From a virus (taxonomy: Duplodnaviria; Caudoviricetes), in the IMG/VR virus record IMGVR_UViG_3300005611_000002, positions 1-64,000 of that record: 64,000 nt of DNA; one strand, 5' to 3'. How positions within the stretch are numbered: the first letter of the stretch is position 1; every line of letters starts with the position of its first letter. Below, piece by piece: positions 53,520 to 63,625 of this stretch. The notes beneath the pieces are model-generated. The model made no database searches. It was given only the letters and a program-made list of their open reading frames with translations, and was not told the DNA's origin. The translations under genes and the position numbers were made by a program.

Positions 53520-53870
53520 ATGATTACCATCTACCAGATCCAGATGTCTGACTCTCAGATCGACGCTTTCAACGCGGGGCACTCGGTCCCTTCTATCGAA
53601 GCCAAGCGCAAACTGATGTTTGGTTCGAAAAAGTTTACTCCTGATATGCTTCAGTACTTCACTGCTGTTGCTAAGATTGACACTCAAGATCTCGAACATG
53701 CCTTTGAACTGACCAATCTTTGGAACGACGAGTCGAAAATCACTCGTTTGGAGCGTATGAGCTCGACTTCTGTCGGTGACATCTTTATGAAGGATGGTCG
53801 TTACTTCATGGTTGACAGCTTTGGTTTCGAAGAGCTGCGCTTGTTCCAAGATGAACTGGAGGTTCTGTAA
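53520..53870 (+). CDS. Hypothetical early protein (YodL-like motif)
   Basis: IYQI...S.SVGDI...VDSFGF. Confidence 0.7.
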   Translation: MITIYQIQMSDSQIDAFNAGHSVPSIEAKRKLMFGSKKFTPDMLQYFTAVAKIDTQDLEHAFELTNLWNDESKITRLERMSSTSVGDIFMKDGRYFMVDSFGFEELRLFQDELEVL

Positions 53871-54364
53871 TGAAATTTGCAGGTATTCTCAATGCACTGA
53901 CACTTGCTGGTATGGTAGGTGTTGGTGCATATCATATTCAGGATGCAGCTGCACAAGAAACCGTGAATTTAATATCAAAAGAAGATCGTTATTGCCTTCA
54001 GCAAAATATCTTTTTTGAAGCGCGGAATCAATCGACTCTCGGTCAGGTTGCTGTTGCTTGGGTCACACTGAACCGTATGGAAAGTTCTCGTTATCCGGAT
54101 ACTATTTGCGATGTAGTCTGGCAGCATAAGCAGTTCAGCTGGACACACGACGGGAAGAAAGACACCCCGTCAGATAATGTTCTCGAACAAAAAGCATGGG
54201 AAAAAGCTCGAACAGTAGCAGAAGTTGTTCTGATTGATTGGGCACGTGGATTGAATAGCCCTGTTGGAGAAGCAACTATGTATCATGCAGACTATGTGAA
54301 CCCGTATTGGTCTACATCTTATGATCGTGTTGCTCGCGTTGACTCTCACATTTTTTATGAATAA
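53870..54364 (+). CDS. SleB-like cell wall hydrolase (Hydrolase_2)
   Basis: CL..NIFFEAR, AVA.V.LNR, QFSW, YHA.YV.P.W, HIFY. Confidence 0.9.
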   Translation: MKFAGILNALTLAGMVGVGAYHIQDAAAQETVNLISKEDRYCLQQNIFFEARNQSTLGQVAVAWVTLNRMESSRYPDTICDVVWQHKQFSWTHDGKKDTPSDNVLEQKAWEKARTVAEVVLIDWARGLNSPVGEATMYHADYVNPYWSTSYDRVARVDSHIFYE

Positions 54365-54390
54365 TGCCTAAAAATTGAAAGGAAGTAAGC

Positions 54391-54624
54391 ATGAATGTAG
54401 ACTGGGCGCAAAAATTTATTGACAGTGATCTGATGGATCAAATTCTAGCATACAAGATCCGTGAAGCGATTATTCTAAACGAAGCAGCTATTATGAGTCT
54501 CGAAGGCCGAACAGACCTTGAAGATTACGAAAAACAAGATCTTGAAGATTGTTACTCTTGGACAAAAAGTCTCGAAGACGTCTATACTTACTTTGGCGGT
54601 AATCTGATGGACCTATCAAAATGA
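54391..54624 (+). CDS. Hypothetical protein
   Basis: GAAAGGA RBS. Confidence 0.65.
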   Translation: MNVDWAQKFIDSDLMDQILAYKIREAIILNEAAIMSLEGRTDLEDYEKQDLEDCYSWTKSLEDVYTYFGGNLMDLSK

Positions 54625-54769
54625 GATGGTATGACTATGCTTCGTGCTTGCTTTTTGCGGACTTGATTTCTGCTAGTTTGGTATCATACAACATAATTGG
54701 GTTGACATTGGGCACAGTTGGGTATATAATCTACGAAAGATTGCAAGTTATGAAAAAGGATACAGACTG

Positions 54770-55003
54770 ATGCCCTATAAAGAAGTATGGATTGATGATG
54801 CCGATATCAATGATTTTGACGATCAAGAACTCATTGATGAGCTTGAAAGTCGCGGTTGGTGGGTCTCACCTGAAAAACGCTGGGAACCTCTTGAATTGAC
54901 CAATGATCAAAAAGACTGGATCTGTGAAAAGATTCAATCTGAAAATCTTGACGTAACTGACATGACTGCAAAAGAAATATATAATGAACTGAGGAAGAAA
55001 TAA
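54770..55003 (+). CDS. Hypothetical protein
   Basis: ORF, coupled. Confidence 0.65.
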   Translation: MPYKEVWIDDADINDFDDQELIDELESRGWWVSPEKRWEPLELTNDQKDWICEKIQSENLDVTDMTAKEIYNELRKK

Positions 55004-55323
55004 TGTACACTTGCGATAACTGGGTCGTCATCTTCGTGAATGGTGACGATCCACATTATAGATTGCTAGTTGGAACTTCTGGAGGATATACGACGGGTGA
55101 TTCGTGGCGTATGAATAGCGGCATCACTAAAGTAGAGGAAGACGATCGCTACTATTACTTTTATGGTTCGAGTGGTTCTTGTTATAAGTGCCACAAAGAA
55201 GCATATTGCCTTCGTATGAATAATGCTCATGTTTGGAATTCGCTGCAAGAAAGACATGGAGATAAGGTTGAAATGATGCCAGAAGATACTGACTGGCTAA
55301 ACAAGGACTGGATTATATCATGA
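55003..55323 (+). CDS. Conserved phage hypothetical protein
   Basis: GGY..GDSWRMNSGI. Confidence 0.75.
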   Translation: MYTCDNWVVIFVNGDDPHYRLLVGTSGGYTTGDSWRMNSGITKVEEDDRYYYFYGSSGSCYKCHKEAYCLRMNNAHVWNSLQERHGDKVEMMPEDTDWLNKDWIIS

Positions 55324-55480
55324 AATTTAGCAGACACACTGAAGACGGTACTAAGATCGAAATGGAAATCGCCGATCACACATATATTGGTGAAGTACTT
55401 CAAGAGTTTCAGAACTTCCTTCGTGCTTGTGGTTATGTGATCGAATATAACAAAGTTTTGGATCTGGTGGATATGGACGA

Positions 55481-55855
55481 ATGACTGATAAGAAATCGTT
55501 GTTAGATACAATCTCGCAAGAGTCTGAACGCTTCCAAGAACTGATTCGACAGGAAGATATTGAAATGGATCAGTGGTGGGATGAACTCCCTCAAGAGGAC
55601 CAAATGCGAGCGTTCTACTCAGTCGTGAAGCGTCTTGTAAAAGGTGATATAACTGATAGAGGCTCTTATCGTTATGTTCTATATGACGTGTTTGGTTTTG
55701 GGGCCGAGAGTTACATGCTCGGAATGAACTGCGGTTATATGACACTACACAACAGCATCTATACACCGGAAGAGATGCGAGAGCTTCGTGATCGTGAACT
55801 TGCTTCAAAAGGTATTGAAGTAGAAACTACAAAATGGGATATGAAAAATGAGTGA
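55481..55855 (+). CDS. Hypothetical protein
   Basis: GSYRYVLYDVFGF. Confidence 0.7.
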   Translation: MTDKKSLLDTISQESERFQELIRQEDIEMDQWWDELPQEDQMRAFYSVVKRLVKGDITDRGSYRYVLYDVFGFGAESYMLGMNCGYMTLHNSIYTPEEMRELRDRELASKGIEVETTKWDMKNE

Positions 55856-56375
55856 ATGGTATATAGCACCAGAAATGGTGATGAATGATATTGCTAAACT
55901 TGATGCTTCTATGTTGTTTGGCTCTAGATCTATGGCGTCACGTCCTGCTGTAGAAGGGTTTGATCCTGCGTTTATGATCGGTTCTCAGATCACAGATGAG
56001 ACCGACTGGGACTTCAGTGCTCCTTACACTGAAGAGAATCACGCGGCTCTTATTGAAGCCGGTTTTACGTATTGGCCGCCAGATGATCTATCTTATAAAG
56101 ATAGTTTGACTACTGGAGTGTATATCAAGACATACATGCATAAGTTTGATATGGACAATCCTGTAATTTATAGCACTCCTCCTGTAGCAAACGTCGTTCT
56201 TCGTAACGACTTCTATATCTTTCGTCAAGTATGGGACTCTATAGATCCAGAGTTCTATTACAAGCATATCTGGAAACGCAGTCCAACTTACGATTTTCAA
56301 CAATTGTCATTGACAAAAGAAACTATCCGTGATATAATGAATCAACTATTTAGGACTGCTAAGGAAATGATATGA
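55848..56375 (+). CDS. Putative nucleotidyltransferase-fold protein
   Basis: LFGSR...TDWD. Confidence 0.5.
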   Translation: MSEWYIAPEMVMNDIAKLDASMLFGSRSMASRPAVEGFDPAFMIGSQITDETDWDFSAPYTEENHAALIEAGFTYWPPDDLSYKDSLTTGVYIKTYMHKFDMDNPVIYSTPPVANVVLRNDFYIFRQVWDSIDPEFYYKHIWKRSPTYDFQQLSLTKETIRDIMNQLFRTAKEMI

Positions 56376-56407
56376 GCGACATCTGGGTAACATCCGATTC
56401 ACATTAA
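56372..56407 (+). pseudogene. Orphaned N-terminus of the metallophosphoesterase (MSDIWVTSDSH*)
   Basis: Matches MSKDIWVSSDFH of 57335; ends exactly at the HNH stop. Confidence 0.85.
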
Positions 56408-57237
56408 TTCTGATAATTCTTACAATTATCAAAATGATATCTTGTCATACTTGACGCACCACCTTTTTTATTGCAATGAGGGCACTCTTTTATGACTTGA
56501 GGCCCTTTGGGTTTTCTCATTTTTTCTTTTGTAGCATCACTTAATTTTCTTCCTTTTCTAATTTTGCTTAATTTTTGACGGACAGTATCGTCAAAAATTC
56601 TCCCTTTATTCGGGCCTGTCAATTCTCCACTTTTTATTCTAGGATCTTCTACTGAGACATAGTGATAGTTACCTTCGGAATCTTTCATTGTAGTCATGCC
56701 TTTAGTTATACCAGTAAGATTTTCATTTTTAATAAATTCTTCCCGTGTAACTTTAATTATATCATTTTTTTCTGTTTTAGCAATTACTATATTTTTTGCT
56801 TTGCATGATATTTTGCGCGATATTTCTTTTTTTCTTTCTCCTGACATATTGGCATGATATTCTAAAGTAGTTTTTGATTGTAACATTCTAAATTCTTTAT
56901 TGAGACTTTCATATAATCTACTGTTGATTTTTTTATTCTGATAGCTTCTTAATGAGTGGGCTGCAAATGTTATGCTATTTACAGTAGGAAAAGCTTTCCA
57001 TAATATCACATGAGCAATAAAATGCTGTCTGGCGGTTAAAACCGCGCAATTCCAAGGATACAATTTAAAAGATTCGTATTTAGGAAACATATCATTTGCT
57101 TTTGGGCATATGTGATGTTTTTCAGTATATCCTTCATAATCAACATTTTTTAGTTGACATTGCTCGATGAATGTTATATAACGGTTTATATAATGGGGAT
57201 TATGTGGTTTTGAAGACAATATGGTATAAATATCCAT
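56404..57237 (-). CDS. HNH homing endonuclease (MobB/E-like)
   Basis: EKHHICPK...N...LTARQHFIAH; C-terminal CPHC...HFDNC. Confidence 0.88.
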   Translation of the reverse strand: MDIYTILSSKPHNPHYINRYITFIEQCQLKNVDYEGYTEKHHICPKANDMFPKYESFKLYPWNCAVLTARQHFIAHVILWKAFPTVNSITFAAHSLRSYQNKKINSRLYESLNKEFRMLQSKTTLEYHANMSGERKKEISRKISCKAKNIVIAKTEKNDIIKVTREEFIKNENLTGITKGMTTMKDSEGNYHYVSVEDPRIKSGELTGPNKGRIFDDTVRQKLSKIRKGRKLSDATKEKMRKPKGPQVIKECPHCNKKGGASSMTRYHFDNCKNYQN

Positions 57238-57334
57238 TGCTGGAACTCCTTTCTTTAGGTGGTATAGTTCTAGGGTTAGTGGGTATTTGCCGTACCGCGA
57301 CTAACACTATTATTTATAATGGAGCATACATATA

Positions 57335-57886
57335 ATGTCAAAAGATATTTGGGTTTCTAGTGATTTTCATTTAAATCACTCAAACATTTTGAAATTCACT
57401 GATAGTAATACTGGAAAACCGATCCGACCTGAATTTTCATCCGTTCAAGAAATGAATGAAATTATAATACAAAGACACAATAGCTGTGTAAAACCTGGAG
57501 ACAAATTTTACACTCTTGGAGATGTGTTCTTTGGTGACAAGGAATGGTTCAAAAAAATGTGGCCTCGTCTGAATGGTAGCAAGCGTCTCATCGTTGGCAA
57601 CCACGACGATATCAAGTTTCTATCCTCTGGTGGATTCTTTGCAAAGGTCATGATGTGGCGCATGTTCCCTGAGTTTGGTTTGATGTTTAGCCATGTTCCG
57701 CTTCATGAAAGCAGTTTGATGCGAGGAGCAAAAGGTGACAAGCCGATGTTAAATGTGCACGGGCACACTCACAGTAATGGATCGCCAAAAGGCCCTTATA
57801 CTTCAGTCTGTGTGGAATTGAGAAATTATACCCCAGTCCACATTGAAGACTTGGCGGCGGAGGCTAAAAAATTAATTAATGTGTAG
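57335..57886 (+). CDS. Calcineurin-like metallophosphoesterase
   Basis: SDFH, LGD, GNHD, SH.P, HGHTH. Confidence 0.92.
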   Translation: MSKDIWVSSDFHLNHSNILKFTDSNTGKPIRPEFSSVQEMNEIIIQRHNSCVKPGDKFYTLGDVFFGDKEWFKKMWPRLNGSKRLIVGNHDDIKFLSSGGFFAKVMMWRMFPEFGLMFSHVPLHESSLMRGAKGDKPMLNVHGHTHSNGSPKGPYTSVCVELRNYTPVHIEDLAAEAKKLINV

Positions 57887-58744
57887 TCTACCTCTGACCC
57901 ACCCTTCCTGAATAGATTGATATTTTTCTATCATTTTATTGACTTTACCGTTATTAATACAAATCTTTCCGGTTGTTCCCACGTGTTTTGGTTTCTTGCT
58001 GTATACCCTCCCTCTGGTCCATCCTTCGGGTATATGTTCTCCCTTAAACATTTTAGAAGTTTTTCCGTCATTGATCCAAACTGATTTTTTTGGTGAGTTT
58101 TTTGTCATACCTCTATACCAACCTTCAGGAATAGTTTCTTCGGGTTTTATTCTTTTATTTGTTTTTCCATTTGTGATGGTTATAGTTCCAGCATTATTCC
58201 CTCTTAATTCGCCAGTTTTAAATCTAACGTCGTCGCTAGAAACGTAATGACCGTTTCCGCTTCTATCTAAAGCAAATGTTTTTCCCTTCGTGTGCCCGCT
58301 AAGTTCTTTATTCTCGTCGAATTCTTTTTTGCTTACTCTGAATACTTTATTATCATGTTTTACACTTACTGTTCCGGACATTTGTTCAGAAACTATAACG
58401 GAATAAGCCACTTTTATAGATTCATATATTTTACTACTTTTTATTTCATTGTAATTACTCATAATACCAAATGCGCGAATCATTGACTCATTTTGATACA
58501 CTTTCCATAACATCATATGAGCAATAAAATGTTGTCTGGCGGTTAAAACTGCACAGTTCCACGGATAATTGCTAAATGAACTATACTCAGGAAACATATC
58601 CTTTGCTTTGGGACAAATGTGGTGTTTTTCAGTATAACCTTCATAATCAACATTTTTTAGTTGACAATGTTTGATAAATATGATATAACGGTTTAAATAA
58701 TGGGGATTATGTGGTTTTGAAGACAATATGGTATAAATATCCAT
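57872..58744 (-). CDS. HNH homing endonuclease, paralog of 56404-57237
   Basis: Near-identical N-terminal ~80 aa; different C-terminus with (W)INDG...GW.RG repeats. Confidence 0.88.
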   Translation of the reverse strand: MDIYTILSSKPHNPHYLNRYIIFIKHCQLKNVDYEGYTEKHHICPKAKDMFPEYSSFSNYPWNCAVLTARQHFIAHMMLWKVYQNESMIRAFGIMSNYNEIKSSKIYESIKVAYSVIVSEQMSGTVSVKHDNKVFRVSKKEFDENKELSGHTKGKTFALDRSGNGHYVSSDDVRFKTGELRGNNAGTITITNGKTNKRIKPEETIPEGWYRGMTKNSPKKSVWINDGKTSKMFKGEHIPEGWTRGRVYSKKPKHVGTTGKICINNGKVNKMIEKYQSIQEGWVRGRLHIN

Positions 58745-58839
58745 TGCTGGAACTCCTTTCTTTTAGGTTGCAAGTTCTAGAGTTAGTGGGTATTGACAGT
58801 ACCGCGACTAACATTTTTATTTATAAAAGTAAAAATTCG

Positions 58840-58956
58840 GGCCATATCCATCAGAACAAGTCTCCAAAGGGACCTTACCATTGTGTATGTGTAGAACAGA
58901 CGAACTACACTCCTGTTCACATCGAAGATCTAGCAAAAATTGCGAGAAAGATCTAA
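58840..58956 (+). pseudogene. Orphaned C-terminus of the metallophosphoesterase
   Basis: GHIHQNKSPKGPYHCVCVEQTNYTPVHIEDLA vs GHTHSNGSPKGPYTSVCVELRNYTPVHIEDLA. Confidence 0.9.
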
Positions 58957-59312
58957 TGGCAAATGTATTCGTATTCGGCTCTAATCTTGCTGGAAGGCAT
59001 GGTAAAGGTGCTGCGCTGTACGCCAAACAACACTACGGCGCAGTATATGGAGAGGGTATCGGTAGAACTGGTAACTCATACGCTATTCCAACTAAAGGTT
59101 ATCAATTGAATGTTCTTTCGTTAGAACGTATTCAAGACTTTGTCACAGAGTTCGTTCAACATACACGAGAGAATCCTGAAGATACTTTCCTGCTTACACC
59201 AATTGGAACTGGTTTGGCTGGTTATGATAAGACTGAGATATTCAAACTAATTCGTAACTGTGCACCACTTCCTTCTAATATCGTATTCACAAAGGAGTGG
59301 TTTAACTTATGA
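58956..59312 (+). CDS. Conserved phage protein (VFVFGSNLAG.HG.GAA family, macro-like)
   Basis: Motif plus YAIPT and T.IG.GLAG. Confidence 0.75.
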   Translation: MANVFVFGSNLAGRHGKGAALYAKQHYGAVYGEGIGRTGNSYAIPTKGYQLNVLSLERIQDFVTEFVQHTRENPEDTFLLTPIGTGLAGYDKTEIFKLIRNCAPLPSNIVFTKEWFNL

Positions 59313-59870
59313 GTAAGTACGAAGTAGCACCCGGTCTATGGATCGGTTCTGAGATCGGTGACATCAATCGAGAAATCAAGAGTCTTATGAAACGACTCGT
59401 AGATGGCGACGAGAGTGTCCTACCCGAGATCACTCGCCTTTCTCGTGAAAAAGAGAAACTGATGATGCCTAAGAGACTAAGGAGAGAAAAATGAACGTAG
59501 GTGAAGCAATTGAAGGACTATTCTACGCATTTGTCGTTGCGGTGACCGCTGCAATTTTTCTTGCAACTTATGTGCTCTCGCAGACAGTTTTTTCATTGAC
59601 ACCTTGGGATGTCTGTGTTAAGATGGAAACAGACGCTGCAAAAGTGCAGTGTATGGAGGCACATTATGACTAAAGAACAACTACTCATCAACCTTGAGTA
59701 CTGGGCAGACTGTTTGGAGAACCCTACCTACAACAATCTTGAAGTGGGCTTTAGACACACGCCTCTCTCCAAGGACGAGATCATACAACGATATAAAGAT
59801 GAATGCCGCACGACTCGAATCGCTATACTGAGAGTGATTGAGATGATAAACGAGGATGGAATAGAATAAA

Positions 59871-60323
59871 ATGGAAATCAAAATTAAACCACAAAAGATT
59901 ATCCCTGCCAGCTATAGTGTTCGCTTTGATGAAGGCGGTGATTATACTGGATACATTGTTCAGCCTCAGCCATATGAAGATCGTCTCCGCCCTGACATCG
60001 AAGAATGGCTCAATGATAACGCTTTAGGTTGGAACGTAACTTTTGATCGTGGCGATTGGGGTGATGGTCCGGCTTTTGTAAAAATAAATTTCGAAACTGA
60101 AGCACAAGCAAGATCGTTTGCTGCTGAATTTACTAACATTCCCTGTCCTAATTCTCGCAGTCGTGGACATTGCCCGCATATGGGTTCTGCACTTAGTCTT
60201 ATTGATAGAGAGACTGGCGATGGTAAGGGCAAATGCTTACACTGTGATCACAGATTTCAAATCTTAACCAAAGATAATAGAGAAGATTTTCTAAAACATA
60301 ATATTGAGGATGACATAGAATGA
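59871..60323 (+). CDS. Hypothetical protein with C-terminal Cys/His cluster
   Basis: GAGGA RBS; CPH.G...CLHC. Confidence 0.6.
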   Translation: MEIKIKPQKIIPASYSVRFDEGGDYTGYIVQPQPYEDRLRPDIEEWLNDNALGWNVTFDRGDWGDGPAFVKINFETEAQARSFAAEFTNIPCPNSRSRGHCPHMGSALSLIDRETGDGKGKCLHCDHRFQILTKDNREDFLKHNIEDDIE

Positions 60324-60918
60324 ACTGGGAACAATGGTTGTCTGCAAATCAATATGATGTTGACTTTGGTGATGATACTATCGATCTGATGCGACAAGCT
60401 TATGTTGCTGGTCTTAGAATGGCGCATGACTTACTTGATAATGCGGAACCAGAAGACTTTCATTGGTGCCGCCATGAAATTGAAAAACTGATAAAGGAAA
60501 GCGAATGAGATATGCCATATCATCTCCAGAGGAAACATGGGTGAAAGTGTGTTACAAATTCTTTGAAAGACACGATTTAACTTATTGGTATGTAAGGGAT
60601 AGAGAACAGGCTTTCCGTGAAATGATGAAGGACTCTAATGGTACTTTAGATCCAACTTGGTTAAGAAATAAGATAGACGAACTTTATAGGAGTGTTGGAA
60701 TATGAGCTACAGTAGAAACACGCAACTGTTCTGGGAACTGCTCGATCTGAGCGATGCTGAGCTTATGGTCGATAACGACATGTGCATTATCACATATAAC
60801 TTTACATACAATGATGATGAAGACCAAGAAAGTGAGAGCCAGGCGTTTGATTTTGGTCCTAAGGATCTTGCTTGGTTGTTCGGAGAGAAACTTGGCATTT
60901 ATATGACGGAGGTGTGAA

Positions 60919-61278
60919 ATGAGTGAAAACGTAGGAAGCAGCGGAATTATGGTTCCGCTCTCGACAAAGATGAGTGAAGAAGAGCGCGAGGAAATTACTG
61001 AAGCTATTTGGGATAGCGGCAACAGTTTGGTTCAGATCAACTATGAAGGGACCATCGCGTATACAAATCATCGAAGCGACGGTTATGGTATCACATTTGG
61101 CGTAACCGCGGATAAGAACGACTTGGGTTATATTCGCACGATCATGGATCACTATGGCTTTGGCATCGTCGAAGAACAGGCTCGACCGTATTCTTGCTAT
61201 TGGTACAACGGAACTGATTCGGATATGGATATGTTGGAACTTGAAGATTTTCTTGTAAGAACGAAACAAAGTAGTTGA
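60919..61278 (+). CDS. Hypothetical protein
   Basis: GGAGG RBS; WYNGTD. Confidence 0.7.
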   Translation: MSENVGSSGIMVPLSTKMSEEEREEITEAIWDSGNSLVQINYEGTIAYTNHRSDGYGITFGVTADKNDLGYIRTIMDHYGFGIVEEQARPYSCYWYNGTDSDMDMLELEDFLVRTKQSS

Positions 61279-61336
61279 CAAATGCTCGCGAATAATATAG
61301 TATGATAATATATTCGGTGGATAAAGGAGAATCACC

Positions 61337-61603
61337 ATGGATGCTACTGTTACTCGCCTCGCACAAGAGACGGACTTCGTTGGTTATGCGATCGTTGATT
61401 GGGACAGCTACTTCGGTAAAACTACTTGCCCGAACAAAGCTGCTGCGATGTGCTTGGAACGGTATCGTACTGGTGGCGAAGAGCTTGGTCAGTTCATCAA
61501 GTGCTACTCGATTGGTACTCTTGGTGAATATTCCGATGCTCCTGGCAAGCGTGTAGTAGAAGAATATGACTGGGATCGCGCGCTTCGTGAACTTATGGGT
61601 TGA
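61337..61603 (+). CDS. Hypothetical early protein
   Basis: Promoter 61275, AGGAG RBS. Confidence 0.75.
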   Translation: MDATVTRLAQETDFVGYAIVDWDSYFGKTTCPNKAAAMCLERYRTGGEELGQFIKCYSIGTLGEYSDAPGKRVVEEYDWDRALRELMG

Positions 61604-61654
61604 CATTTGTTTTGAAATGGTTTATACTGATTCTATAAGGAATGGAGATATACA

Positions 61655-61900
61655 ATGATCAATCCTGCTACTCGCCCGCAAGATAAACTTAATGAATTCA
61701 CGGGAAGGTTGCTTGGCACTTATCCTCCTACTGTTCGTCTTCGCAATGGAACACTTGTTCAACCTGAATATAAGCCTGCAGAAGATGAATACTGCACAGA
61801 TGCTTTCTATGCTGAAGACTATCGCTACTGCTGGAACTTGGATGGTACTAGTGTAACTCGCAGTGATTATGATATGATGGAGATTGTTCGCAATGACTGA
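61655..61900 (+). CDS. Hypothetical protein, paralog of the next ORF
   Basis: TVRLRNG...WNLDGT. Confidence 0.7.
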   Translation: MINPATRPQDKLNEFTGRLLGTYPPTVRLRNGTLVQPEYKPAEDEYCTDAFYAEDYRYCWNLDGTSVTRSDYDMMEIVRND

Positions 61901-62102
61901 CTATACAGAAGCCGCCCGCTGCGAAGCCACTGTTCGTCTTGCTGATGGAAGTGAATGGACGATCCACCTTGTTCCTGCTGATACGGATGGTTGGAACGTT
62001 CCTGTGATCCGTGCGTATGACTACACCGACGATACTCAAATTTGGAACACTGATGGCACTGCGCTTTCGGCTGATGCTGACATTGTGGAGATTATGGAAT
62101 GA
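61893..62102 (+). CDS. Hypothetical protein, paralog of the previous ORF
   Basis: TVRLADG...WNTDGT. Confidence 0.65.
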   Translation: MTDYTEAARCEATVRLADGSEWTIHLVPADTDGWNVPVIRAYDYTDDTQIWNTDGTALSADADIVEIME

Positions 62103-62261
62103 CTAAGTATGTGACAACTCATTTACCTGAAGAAGAGATTGACCGCTTACGCCTTAAAGCATTTGCAAGTAATGACCCTGAAGATAAACTGGCGTATTAC
62201 AAGGCAACCTCACTCTACTTCCAAGAACGCCATGAACGTGCTATGAATAGGGAGGCTAAAA

Positions 62262-62465
62262 ATGACTGATCGCGTTTTTGAAGATGCTCGCAGCTGGGAA
62301 GTTTCAGACGGCGGTCGTTGTGTTGAGGTCTATATGTTTGAAGCTGGTGATGTGATGATCACCGCAAACGAAGACGCAGGTTGGGATAGTCAACGAGCCA
62401 GCTTCACTATGACTCGTGAAGAAGCAACACTGCTGAAAGAATTCCTGATCCGGAAAGGATACTGA
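62262..62465 (+). CDS. Hypothetical protein
   Basis: GGAGG RBS. Confidence 0.65.
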   Translation: MTDRVFEDARSWEVSDGGRCVEVYMFEAGDVMITANEDAGWDSQRASFTMTREEATLLKEFLIRKGY

Positions 62466-62466
62466 G

Positions 62467-62712
62467 ATGACTAAAGAACAACTTATCGAGATGTTGAATG
62501 GAAACCTGTGGGTCTCAGGTCAAACCGACAAGTCTCAAACCGTAATGGGCGTTGAACGTGCTGCAGAGAAGATTGCAATTAAGTTCTTTTTGATGGAAGA
62601 AGAAATCAAACGACTACGGGAACATAACACTGAAATGGGCTGGCGTCTGAACCCAGATCGTATGGGTGGACAGTTCACAGAAGAAGAAAAGAATAGGACA
62701 GGATGGATATGA
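62467..62712 (+). CDS. Hypothetical protein
   Basis: NPDRMGGQF motif. Confidence 0.65.
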   Translation: MTKEQLIEMLNGNLWVSGQTDKSQTVMGVERAAEKIAIKFFLMEEEIKRLREHNTEMGWRLNPDRMGGQFTEEEKNRTGWI

Positions 62713-63026
62713 CTCTCGATCGTAACTGGCTTGAAGATCGTGTAGAACCTCTCGCTCGTGAGCTGGCAGCAGAGAAGATGGGTTTGGTGAAGGACTGCCT
62801 TGGTGAGAATCTACCATACGATCTCTGGAGTCAGTGTATTCCAGATGCTCGTAAATTCTTGGGGTTGGAGTGATGGATTATCGTGTTATTACTGCTACAG
62901 GCAAATACCAACTTCAGGAAGAAGTTATAGAAATGATCAAACAGGGTTGGAAGCCTCAGGGTGGTATACTCTATACTCTTCACCTCGGCGGTGTTCACGA
63001 AACCTGGGCTCAAGCAATGATGAAAG

Positions 63027-63407
63027 ATGAATGAGTTCCGAGTCCTCGTCTGCGGAGGTCGAACATATGAAGACCGAACTCGCTTCTTTTCTTTCATGGA
63101 TAGAGTCCTTGAGACAATCGGGGGAACTGGAGAAACTCCAAGACGAGATGTGGTCATTATTCATGGATCAGCCCGAGGTGCAGACGCACTTGCAGACGAT
63201 TATGGACGTGAGCGAGGACTTAGAGTTATACGCTATCCCGCAGACTGGAACACCCACAAAAAAGCAGCAGGACCAATCCGAAACAGATTAATGTTGACAA
63301 ATGGGCAACCACATGTTATTATAGCATTTAAAGGCGGTAATGGTACTGCCGATATGATTCGACAAGGCAAGAGAGCTGGTGTTCCAGTCTATGAGGTGAA
63401 AGAATGA
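63027..63407 (+). CDS. YspA/SLOG (DUF2493) family protein
   Basis: VLVCGGR, IHG.ARGAD, ADW..H.KAAGPIRN, GT.DM. Confidence 0.88.
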   Translation: MNEFRVLVCGGRTYEDRTRFFSFMDRVLETIGGTGETPRRDVVIIHGSARGADALADDYGRERGLRVIRYPADWNTHKKAAGPIRNRLMLTNGQPHVIIAFKGGNGTADMIRQGKRAGVPVYEVKE

Positions 63408-63625
63408 ATAGACAACAATACGACGCTTTGAATAAAGAACAAAAAGCGATTGCTACGGAAGCTTACATTGATGGATTTCTAGCTTGCATAGAACAAGTAA
63501 AATCCATCACGGTCAGAGTAGGAGATCAGGATGTCGACAAAACGTTTCGAGTTAATCGAGACATGATTACTGAAAACCTGCATGATACCTATGAGAAACT
63601 TTTACTACAAAAGTTGGTAAAATGA
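63404..63625 (+). CDS. Hypothetical protein
   Basis: ATGA-coupled ORF. Confidence 0.6.
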   Translation: MNRQQYDALNKEQKAIATEAYIDGFLACIEQVKSITVRVGDQDVDKTFRVNRDMITENLHDTYEKLLLQKLVK

